Below are positions 29,349-37,390 of a stretch of 64,000 nucleotides of DNA, piece by piece. The notes under the pieces were generated by a model. The model searched no databases. It saw nothing but the letters and a program-made list of their open reading frames with translations, and had not been told where the DNA came from. The DNA comes from Actinomycetota bacterium (GTDB lineage Bacteria; Actinomycetota; Actinomycetes; Actinomycetales; Microbacteriaceae): contig JBEEPX010000099.1 in the NCBI GenBank assembly GCA_041190885.1, forward strand, positions 684 through 64,683. The letters are read 5' to 3'. The position numbers and the translations under genes are program-made. The stretch's first letter is position 1; every line of letters starts with the position of its first letter.

Positions 29349-31254
29349 ACTTGGACGAGATGGTTACCGAATCGCCGCTGCGTAGCGATGTTCCTGCAGC
29401 AACGCTTGCGCGCTTAACTTTTGCGATGCCCCACTTGCTCTGCAGCTGGTTTGTGTCGACCAAAACCGAAAGACCCAGCGATTCCAGCGCAGCCTTTGCA
29501 GCTGAAATGGTTTCACCGACCACGGCCGGCATGATGACCACGTTTGGTCCCTTTGAAACCAAGAGTCGCACTTCGCCCCCTGCGCCAAGCGGCTCGGTGA
29601 TTGGAGTCACGCTGATGACCTGCCCTTTGGCAACGGTTTCACTGAACTCTTGATTGATTTCAGAAACCTTGAGACCTACTCCTTGAATCATTCCAATCGC
29701 CAGCGCTTGATCGAGACCGGCAACAACCGGAATCGAACCGAGCGAGACCTTGAGTTTGATTGCCGAGCCTTCTGGAACCTGCTCTCCGGTAGAGCCCAGG
29801 TATTCGTAGACCTGACCAACCGGCTTAGCGCTGAACCATGAGCTGACTTCACCGAGTGTGAATCCGGAAGCGAGAAGTTTCGCGGTGGCGGTTGCCACAT
29901 CAAGCCCAACCAGGTTTGGCACCTTGGCCAATTTTGGTCCGCTCGAAATCACGAGCTTGATCTCGCCGAAGAAATACCAGCTGCCAGCGGCTGGCTCGGT
30001 GCGAATTACTTGGCCCTTCGATATTGTGTTGCTCGGCTCGCTGGTAATCGAAGTGGGCGCGCCAAATGGAGCAAGCGCGGCTTGGGCTTCGGCCTGGGTG
30101 CGATTGGTTAGATCGGGTATTGCACTAAATCCGCCCGGACCACTGCCGAACCACCAACCCGCGCCGGAGCCCAGCAAAACAATCAGGACCGTTGAAATTA
30201 CCAGTCGCAAACCCCATCGGCGCTGACCGAGTGATTCGAGCGGGGTCAGCGTGGGCTCGGTAACGTCAAAAGACCCAAAGACCTGAGTCGCGTTGTCTTG
30301 CGAACCTAGGACTTGGGTTGCGTTGACCTTCGAGTCCAAGGCTGGCTCCGGTAGTTCAGCGCCAGATAGCACTGTGGTGGATGAATCAACCGGGGTCGAA
30401 AGGCGCATGGTCGCATTTCCATCACCGCGCTTGAGTGCGGTCTTGGCGCGTCGAACCGCGGCTAGCAGTGCCCCAGCGTCGGCGGCACGGTCATCCGGGT
30501 TTTTAGCTGTCGCCCAGAGCACGATTTCATCGACCGCGGGCTTGACCTCGGGGTTCACCGAAGATGGTGCTGGCACGTTCGAGTGTGCGTGCTGATAGGC
30601 AACCTGAACGGCTTGATCGCCTTGAAACGGCTGTCGCCCAGTTACTAGCTCAAACAGCAGAATGCCCGCGGCATAAACGTCGCTTCGAGCATCGGCTATA
30701 CCTCGGGTTACCAGCTCTGGCGAAAGATAGGCAACCGTTCCGACGATCGAATCGGTTGCGGTGTGGTTGTCGGTTTCACGGGCTAGGCCAAAGTCGCCGA
30801 TCTTGATTCGCCCATCGTTGGCCAGCAAAACGTTTTCGGGTTTTAGGTCGCGGTGCAAGACGCCGGCGTTGTGGGCAGCCGCCAAACCGCTCAGCAGGTG
30901 TTCGAACAAATCAAGGGCACGGATGCTCTCGAGTGCTCCGAAATCATCGAGGGCGTTTCTGAGCGTAATTCCTTCGACGTACTCCATGACCAGATAAGCG
31001 GTGGAGCCATCGGTGCCTTGGTCGAAAACGTTTACCAGGTTCGGGTGGGAGAGCCTCGCCGCCATTTTGGCCTCGCGGATGAATTTGTCCCGGAAACTCG
31101 AGTTGGTGGCTAGGTGTGGGTGAATGATTTTGACGGCGACTTTGCGGTCGAGACGCAGGTCTTCGGCCAGGTAAACCGTTGCCATGCCGCCTTGCGCAAC
31201 GAATTTATCGATGCGATAGCGCTCGGCAATCACCGAGCCAATCAAGTTAGCCAT
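29347..31254 (-). CDS. pknL: PASTA-domain Ser/Thr protein kinase (PknL-type position)
   Basis: GGMATVY, VAVK, HRDLKPEN, DFGLAR and GTVAYLSPE; one TM helix; about 4 PASTA repeats; lies between DAHP synthase and an Rv2175c-like gene. Confidence 0.9.
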   Translation of the reverse strand: MANLIGSVIAERYRIDKFVAQGGMATVYLAEDLRLDRKVAVKIIHPHLATNSSFRDKFIREAKMAARLSHPNLVNVFDQGTDGSTAYLVMEYVEGITLRNALDDFGALESIRALDLFEHLLSGLAAAHNAGVLHRDLKPENVLLANDGRIKIGDFGLARETDNHTATDSIVGTVAYLSPELVTRGIADARSDVYAAGILLFELVTGRQPFQGDQAVQVAYQHAHSNVPAPSSVNPEVKPAVDEIVLWATAKNPDDRAADAGALLAAVRRAKTALKRGDGNATMRLSTPVDSSTTVLSGAELPEPALDSKVNATQVLGSQDNATQVFGSFDVTEPTLTPLESLGQRRWGLRLVISTVLIVLLGSGAGWWFGSGPGGFSAIPDLTNRTQAEAQAALAPFGAPTSITSEPSNTISKGQVIRTEPAAGSWYFFGEIKLVISSGPKLAKVPNLVGLDVATATAKLLASGFTLGEVSSWFSAKPVGQVYEYLGSTGEQVPEGSAIKLKVSLGSIPVVAGLDQALAIGMIQGVGLKVSEINQEFSETVAKGQVISVTPITEPLGAGGEVRLLVSKGPNVVIMPAVVGETISAAKAALESLGLSVLVDTNQLQSKWGIAKVKRASVAAGTSLRSGDSVTISSK

Positions 31255-31343
31255 TCAAATCTTCTCTTTTACCTGCAGGTCAATATCGTCGCACAATGCC
31301 AATAAGTAACCCGAGAGGCGCACAGGTGTGGCAATCTTGTTTT

Positions 31344-31691
31344 GTGACCGATTCTTTTGCAAGCGTAACCAACTGGCTAACCGTTCCCGAAGTAGCAGAT
31401 CAGCTAAACATTCCGCTGGGCCGAGTGCGACGCCTGATCGAAGAGCACGTGCTGTTGTCGGTCAAACGCGATGGCGTTCAAATGATTCCGGCCGAGCTCA
31501 TTGTTGACGGCGAGCCTCTGGCTAGCCTCCGCGGAACCATCGTGGTCCTTCTTGATTCGGGCTTCGACTATCAGGGCGCTCTCGAGTGGCTTTACAAGTT
31601 CGATGACGCGCTGCCAGGCACTCCGATGGAGTTTTTGTTGAAGGGGCACAAGTCAGCGGTTCGCCGACTGGCCATGTCTCTGGCTTTCTAA
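31344..31691 (+). CDS. Rv2175c family DNA-binding protein
   Basis: WLTVPEVA..L......VRRLI HTH, GTIVVL.D.G and C-terminal VRRLA.SLAF. GTG 31344 with CAATCT -10 6 nt upstream. Confidence 0.88.
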   Translation: MTDSFASVTNWLTVPEVADQLNIPLGRVRRLIEEHVLLSVKRDGVQMIPAELIVDGEPLASLRGTIVVLLDSGFDYQGALEWLYKFDDALPGTPMEFLLKGHKSAVRRLAMSLAF

Positions 31692-32803
31692 GCCTCGCGC
31701 TGAATTACTTTTAGCGCCAAACCGCGCAATTGCTCCTTGGCTCTGGCGTCAATGTCGAGCAGTTCGAGCGCCGATAGGCTCTCGTCGGCAAGTTCTTCCA
31801 TCATGCGTTCGCTTTTTGCCAACGCACCCGAATCGACGATGGTTCGCTGCAAGAAGCCAATCTGCTCAGCATCCAGGCTTCGACTAGAGAGCATCTCGTC
31901 AAAAATATTGCCCACGGATGTCGTCAGTGCTTCACGGGTAAGCCCAACCAAGACAGTTCGCTTGCCTTCGCGAAGGTCATCGCCCGCTGGTTTGCCGGTC
32001 ACGGCTGGGTCACCAAACACCCCAAGGATGTCGTCTTTCAGCTGGAACGCCATGCCGAGCGGGATGCCAAACGCCGACAGGCCGCGCAACAAGGCCGGGG
32101 TGGCACCAGCAAAAGCGGCACCGATCAAAAGCGGGGCTTCGATGCTGTACTTGGCGGTCTTGTAAAGCATTACTCGGTTTGCTCGACCGACCAGTTCATC
32201 AATTGGTCGGGTTGGTGCGGCGTTCTCCTCGAGTACATCCAGGTACTGGCCGGCCATGACCTCGACGCGCATTTTTGAGAACTCGTTGCGGCAGGCAGCT
32301 TCGATTTCGCTGGTCGGGGAGTGCAGCAGAGCGTTGCCGAAGATCTCACTGCTCCAACCGAGCATTAGGTCACCAACCAAAACCGAACCGGCTACGCCGA
32401 ACCGTTCGTGGCTTCCGGCCCAGCCAGATTGTTCGTGCAGTGCTTCAAACTTTTTGTGAACCGATGGCTTGCCTCGTCTGGTGTCTGACTGATCTAGAAG
32501 GTCATCATGTACCAAGGCAGCGGCGTGGAACATCTCGAGTGCAGCGGTAATTCCGACCATTGCTGCAGCAGATTCTCGTCGTTGAGTCTCCGTTTGCGGT
32601 TCATCCGAGGTGGCTAGTGCGCCAACCCAAGACCAGTATGCGAACAGCGCGCGAAAGCGTTTGCCGCCGGCAAGAAGATCTTGGGTGTAAGTGACCACAG
32701 GAACTAGGTCGGGAGAAATGGCGGTGAATTCGACTTTGCGGTCCTGACAAAAGTCATCCAGAGATTCTTGAATTAGCTCTAGCAGTGCTTTCGATTCGCT
32801 CAC
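31688..32803 (-). CDS. Polyprenyl (GGPP-like) diphosphate synthase
   Basis: GGKRFR, FARM VHDDLLD..DTRRG, GQYLD, KTA and SARM FQLKDD. Confidence 0.95.
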   Translation of the reverse strand: MSESKALLELIQESLDDFCQDRKVEFTAISPDLVPVVTYTQDLLAGGKRFRALFAYWSWVGALATSDEPQTETQRRESAAAMVGITAALEMFHAAALVHDDLLDQSDTRRGKPSVHKKFEALHEQSGWAGSHERFGVAGSVLVGDLMLGWSSEIFGNALLHSPTSEIEAACRNEFSKMRVEVMAGQYLDVLEENAAPTRPIDELVGRANRVMLYKTAKYSIEAPLLIGAAFAGATPALLRGLSAFGIPLGMAFQLKDDILGVFGDPAVTGKPAGDDLREGKRTVLVGLTREALTTSVGNIFDEMLSSRSLDAEQIGFLQRTIVDSGALAKSERMMEELADESLSALELLDIDARAKEQLRGLALKVIQREA

Positions 32804-32843
32804 GGGAATAGCCTAACCGCCCCTAGAGGTTTAGTCTTTAGGT

Positions 32844-33206
32844 ATGGCACTTTCGGAACGAGAGCAACGTCTGCTCGATGAAATGGAGCGAGGTCTCTAC
32901 GAGTCCGATGCTGCCCTGGCATCGAAGCTAAGTTCTGCCAAGGTTAGCTCACCGCAGAAAATTGTCGGCGGCGCAGCGCTTGCCGTAATCGGAATCTCGG
33001 TTATGGTTACCGCCGTGGTCCTGCAAATAACTGTGTTGGGTGTGGTTGCATTCCTTGTGATGCTTGCCGGGTTGGTGCTGGCAAGCTCAAAGTCAGTTGG
33101 GCTATCCTCTACCTCCAAGCCCACTGCACCAGCCGGGCAACCTAAAAACTCTGCGCCCAAGCGCAATTTCTTCGAAGACCGTTGGGATCGACGTCAAGGT
33201 CAGTAG
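32844..33206 (+). CDS. DUF3040 family membrane protein
   Basis: MALSEREQRLL.EMER.LY..D start, two TM helices, FFEDRWDRR end; upstream of mraZ. Confidence 0.9.
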   Translation: MALSEREQRLLDEMERGLYESDAALASKLSSAKVSSPQKIVGGAALAVIGISVMVTAVVLQITVLGVVAFLVMLAGLVLASSKSVGLSSTSKPTAPAGQPKNSAPKRNFFEDRWDRRQGQ

Positions 33207-33258
33207 TTCCTTCGTCGCGATTCGCCCCACATATTTCAAATAACTCCCTCCGGGTTTC

Positions 33259-33285
33259 AAAAAACTCCCTCCGGGGAGTTTTTTT
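33259..33285 (+). terminator. Intrinsic terminator after DUF3040 with c(UCCG)g tetraloop
   Basis: A6-CTCCC-TCCG-GGGAG-T7. Confidence 0.8.
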
Positions 33286-33417
33286 ATGCCCAAATTTGGC
33301 TGGGATATCACGAAAACTTCCCAAAAGCCCCCCATTTCCCTCCACTCGTTATATCCCTGTTATTTATTGGGTAAAACGACACGCCGAGCGAATATTTAAT
33401 GCACAAAATCTGGATTT

Positions 33418-33451
33418 GTGGTTGAAAGTGGTGTAATGTGGAGGTAAGCGG
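33418..33451 (+). promoter_or_regulatory. MraZ operator: GTGG direct repeats at 10-bp period over the dcw promoter
   Basis: GTGG at 33418, 33428 and 33438, GCGG at 33448; putative -10 TAATGT (33434-33439) lies inside the array. Confidence 0.85.
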
Positions 33452-33478
33452 AAATTCGATGTCGAGAAGGGGGAGCAG

Positions 33479-33910
33479 ATGCTACTTGGCACGCACGCAC
33501 CCAAGCTCGACGAAAAGGGTCGAGTAATCCTTCCGGCCAAGTTCCGTGAAGAACTTCAGGGTGGTCTTGTGGTCACTCGTGGCCAGGACCGCTGCCTCTA
33601 CGTTTTCAGCACCGCCGAGTTTGAGTTGGTGCACGACAAGATCCGTCAGGCTCCGGTAACTAGCGCCGAAGCTCGCAACTACTTGCGCGTGTTCCTTTCG
33701 GGCGCATCGAGCGAGCAGCCAGACAAGCAGGGTCGAATCACCATCCCTGCGACTCTTCGCGAGTACGCAGAACTTGGCAAAGACCTCATCGTCATCGGCG
33801 TTGGCACCAGAGCAGAAATCTGGGATGCCAAGGCTTGGAACGACTACCTAGCGAAACAAGAATCAGCCTTCTCGAATGTCGCGGAGGAGGTGATTCCGGG
33901 ACTCTTCTAG
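33479..33910 (+). CDS. mraZ: Division/cell wall cluster repressor MraZ
   Basis: [14 protein letters not shown] and DKQGRITIP repeats, EIW; first gene of the dcw cluster. Confidence 0.98.
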   Translation: MLLGTHAPKLDEKGRVILPAKFREELQGGLVVTRGQDRCLYVFSTAEFELVHDKIRQAPVTSAEARNYLRVFLSGASSEQPDKQGRITIPATLREYAELGKDLIVIGVGTRAEIWDAKAWNDYLAKQESAFSNVAEEVIPGLF

Positions 33911-34009
33911 CCCTACTGCTAGATCTCCACCCGTTCAGAAATCGATTGAAAAATCGAGGAGTTGCGAAAACCAAGCTCGCAACGAATGGATGGGGTTCTA
34001 GCAAGAGGG
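33911..34009 (+). ncRNA. Structured cis-RNA between mraZ and rsmH (position of the actinobacterial mraW RNA motif)
   Basis: About 20-bp closing stem (33917-33936 with 33984-34003) enclosing two hairpins. Confidence 0.6.
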
Positions 34010-34024
34010 ATCCCCGGATCAAAA

Positions 34025-34987
34025 ATGGTCAAAGCTATCAACGAACTCCACGAACCAGTAGCGCTAGAGCGCTGCCTAGACATTCTCGGTGAGTCACTCG
34101 GCGATGAAGGTGCCGTTTACGTTGACTGCACACTCGGTCTAGGTGGCCACAGCGAAGCGTTTTTGAAGCGCTTCCCGAAGCTAACTCTCGTCGGAATCGA
34201 CCGCGACACCAACGCACTCAAGCTCGCGGGCGAGCGTCTTGCAGCCTATTCGGACCGCATTCACCTGGTCCACGCCGTTTATGACGAAATTGAAGAGGTT
34301 CTCGACGAACTCGGCATCGCCGAAGTTCAGGGAATCCTTCTAGACCTAGGTGTCTCATCGATGCAGCTAGACGAGGCAGACCGCGGCTTTGCCTACTCAT
34401 ACGAAGCTCCGTTGGACATGCGCATGGACACAACCACCGGCATCACCGCCGCTGAAGTTGTAAACACCTACAGCGAACAGGACCTAGCCCGAATCTTCAA
34501 GGAGTTTGGCGAAGAACGCTACGCGAAGGCCGTCGCCGCAGCAATCGTGACTGAACGCAAGGCAACCCCATTCAAGACCAGCACTCAACTTGCCAGCCTT
34601 ATTGCCAAGGTCATTCCCTTCATCCCAGGCAAAAGCTCGGGGCACCCTGCTAAGCGTGTTTTTCAGGCACTCAGAATCGAAGTCAACGGCGAGCTAGAAG
34701 TGCTTACCCGCACCATGCCAGCAGCCATTCGTGCCCTGGCGGTCGGTGGTCGAATCGTAGTTCTTTCGTATCACTCACTCGAGGACAGAATCACCAAGCA
34801 GGCGATAGCTGCGGCTGCCACTTCATCGGCGCCGCTTGAGCTTCCATTCGAACTTCCTGAGCACGCGCCGGTTGTGCGCCTGCTGGTCAAGGGTGCCGAA
34901 CCGGCATCAGACGCAGAAATTCAAAAGAATCCAAGAGCAGCATCGGTCCGTTTACGTGCCGCTGTAAAGATCCGGAGAGCAGCATGA
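34025..34987 (+). CDS. rsmH: 16S rRNA m4C1402 methyltransferase RsmH (MraW)
   Basis: HEPV, DCTLGLGGHS, DLGVSSMQLD, PLDMRMD, FQALRIEVN, YHSLEDR and NPRAAS. Confidence 0.98.
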   Translation: MVKAINELHEPVALERCLDILGESLGDEGAVYVDCTLGLGGHSEAFLKRFPKLTLVGIDRDTNALKLAGERLAAYSDRIHLVHAVYDEIEEVLDELGIAEVQGILLDLGVSSMQLDEADRGFAYSYEAPLDMRMDTTTGITAAEVVNTYSEQDLARIFKEFGEERYAKAVAAAIVTERKATPFKTSTQLASLIAKVIPFIPGKSSGHPAKRVFQALRIEVNGELEVLTRTMPAAIRALAVGGRIVVLSYHSLEDRITKQAIAAAATSSAPLELPFELPEHAPVVRLLVKGAEPASDAEIQKNPRAASVRLRAAVKIRRAA

Positions 34988-35607
34988 GCACCCTACGTTT
35001 GACCCAGAACACCCGCCACGCTGGCGCAGCTCGCCCGGCTCTAAGCATCGCAAGCTTCCGTGACTCACGACCTGGCGTATTCATCGGTGGGGCAGTGGTC
35101 GTCGGTGCGCTAACCATCGCGCTTCTAAATCTGCTGTTGACCATTTTGACCTCGAACGCGGTTTACGAGCTGTCTGCTATCCAGAAAGAGAAGAAAGAAC
35201 TGACCACCACGACTCAGATCTTGAGCGAAGAGGTTGACTCGCTTTCATCGCAGCAGAACCTAGCCAACGCGGCAGCAAAGCTTGGCATGATTTCAAACGC
35301 AAACCCTGTCTTCTTGCGCCTCTCAGACCAGAAGGTCTTTGGCAAGCCAAAGGCAGCATTGAACGCCGATGGCCGCGTGGCTCGCAACCTAGTTCCAAAT
35401 TCGGCTTTGGTTCAGCAATCTAACGCGGCCGAATTGATTGCCGCCGAAGACGCCACTCTCACCAAGGTTGCAACCCCGATTGCGGCTGGTTTGAACGGTG
35501 CCACCACTTCGCCAACTGCGCTTGCCGCCGGTGTCGCTAAGGCCGTTTCGGTCACCACTCCAGTAGTTTCGAGTGGTGCGGCAATTCCAGCCTCACCAAC
35601 TCACTAG
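34984..35607 (+). CDS. ftsL: FtsL-like cell division protein
   Basis: One TM helix plus coiled coil ending LANAAAKLGM, Ala-rich tail; between rsmH and ftsI. Confidence 0.75.
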   Translation: MSTLRLTQNTRHAGAARPALSIASFRDSRPGVFIGGAVVVGALTIALLNLLLTILTSNAVYELSAIQKEKKELTTTTQILSEEVDSLSSQQNLANAAAKLGMISNANPVFLRLSDQKVFGKPKAALNADGRVARNLVPNSALVQQSNAAELIAAEDATLTKVATPIAAGLNGATTSPTALAAGVAKAVSVTTPVVSSGAAIPASPTH

Positions 35608-35623
35608 TAAGGCAGGTCGGCAG

Positions 35624-37390
35624 ATGGCATATCTGACGCCCGGCGACCCTAAATCACGTGGCAAGTGGGTCATGATTCTCGTTGCCGGTCTGTGCGTTGT
35701 GTTTTCGATTCGCTTGGTCGATTATCAGGTCATTCAGGCCGATGCCATCAATAAAACTTCGTATGAAAACCGCGCGGTTACCCGAACCCTGCCTGCGCTT
35801 CGCGGTGAAATCCTAGACTCAACCGGTGCCGTATTGGCTCGCACCGTGTATCGCTACGACATCAACGCGGCGCCGAGCAAGGTTTTCCCGGTTAGCCGAA
35901 AAGTCAACGGCCAATCGGTTTTGATTCCAGTCGAGCAAATCGCCAACGAGATCGCCACCATCCTGGGGCTCACCCAGGCCGAAGTGATGACGAAAATCAG
36001 TGGTACCGGCGAGTACTCGCAGATCAAAAAGCGAGTCGACGCCGAAAGCTACCGAAAAATTCGCTCGCTCAATGTTCCATGGCTCTACTACGACCCGATT
36101 CCCGACCGCCTTTACCCGAACGGGGCTGTAGCTGGCAACATCATTGGTTATCTGAACAACGAAGGTCAAGCGGTCGAAGGCATCGAGACTTCGTTCAACT
36201 CTTGCCTTGCCGGTGTTGATGGCCAGGAGAGCTTTGAAAAGGGTGTTGATGGAATCAAGATTCCGTCGAGCACGGTCACCACTCAAAAGGCTGTGAACGG
36301 CCGCGCGGTGCACTTGACCATCAATGCTGACCTTCAGTATTTTGCTCAGCAGGTGCTTACCAGCGAGGTCTCGAGACTTCGCGCAGACTGGGCAGTTGCC
36401 ACAGTGATCGAGGTAAAGACCGGCCGTATCCTGGCTGCTGCCGAGGCCCCATCGGTTGACCCGAATGAGCCTGGCAAGGTTGGCATTGACGATCGAGGCG
36501 CCAGAATCTTCAGGTTCATGTTCGAACCGGGGTCAACCTTGAAGGCAATTACCGGTGCTACCGCCATCGATCAGGGCAAGGCCACCGCAACGACTCGAAC
36601 CATCGCACCCTATGGATGGGTTGTGCCGGGCACAACATACAAGGTCACCGACAGCCACGCTCACGGTGACGACAAACTTACCCTCGCCGGCGTGCTGCGT
36701 GACTCGTCTAACACCGGCATCATGAAAATTGGTCAGGCGGTCGACTATCGCACCCGCTACACCTACCTCAAGAAGTTTGGCCTTGGTCAAAAGACCAACG
36801 CCGGTTACCCCGGCGAAGAAGCCGGTTTGCTCAACAATGTGAACGACTGGGATGGCATCAAGAAGTACGTCTCGATGTTTGGTCAGGGCGTTAGCGTTAC
36901 GCCGATTCAGTCAGCCATGATGTATCAAGCGATTGCCAACAAGGGCATTCGACTTTCGCCGATTTTGGTGGAGGGTTGCGAGGATGCCAACGGCAATCTG
37001 CAGCGTACCGAGGTGAAACCCGGCGTTCGAGTTATTTCTGAGGCCACAGCCCACTCGACCATGGACATGCTTGAAAAGGTAGTTGAGCAGGGTGGTATCG
37101 GAAAGACCGCAGCTGTGCCTGGCTATCGCGTCGGTGGAAAGACTGGTACCGCGCAGATCGCAAAGGGCTCAAGTGGTTACAGCGGTCGCTACGCGGTGTC
37201 TTTCATTGGCGCTGCTCCCGCCGAAGACCCACAATTTGTCGTCGCTGTGACCGTTTACAAGCCTCGCACTGTAAGCAACTCGATTGGCGCGACTCCAAGC
37301 TTCAAGCGAATCATGCAGCAGCTTTTGAGAACCTATCGTGTGCCTCCATCAACCACGGTTTCGGCAAACATTCCGACAGAATGGAAGTGA
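35624..37390 (+). CDS. ftsI: Class B penicillin-binding protein FtsI/PBP3
   Basis: RGEILD, RLYPNG; SxxK (EPGSTLK), SxN (SSN) and KTGT. Confidence 0.95.
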   Translation: MAYLTPGDPKSRGKWVMILVAGLCVVFSIRLVDYQVIQADAINKTSYENRAVTRTLPALRGEILDSTGAVLARTVYRYDINAAPSKVFPVSRKVNGQSVLIPVEQIANEIATILGLTQAEVMTKISGTGEYSQIKKRVDAESYRKIRSLNVPWLYYDPIPDRLYPNGAVAGNIIGYLNNEGQAVEGIETSFNSCLAGVDGQESFEKGVDGIKIPSSTVTTQKAVNGRAVHLTINADLQYFAQQVLTSEVSRLRADWAVATVIEVKTGRILAAAEAPSVDPNEPGKVGIDDRGARIFRFMFEPGSTLKAITGATAIDQGKATATTRTIAPYGWVVPGTTYKVTDSHAHGDDKLTLAGVLRDSSNTGIMKIGQAVDYRTRYTYLKKFGLGQKTNAGYPGEEAGLLNNVNDWDGIKKYVSMFGQGVSVTPIQSAMMYQAIANKGIRLSPILVEGCEDANGNLQRTEVKPGVRVISEATAHSTMDMLEKVVEQGGIGKTAAVPGYRVGGKTGTAQIAKGSSGYSGRYAVSFIGAAPAEDPQFVVAVTVYKPRTVSNSIGATPSFKRIMQQLLRTYRVPPSTTVSANIPTEWK

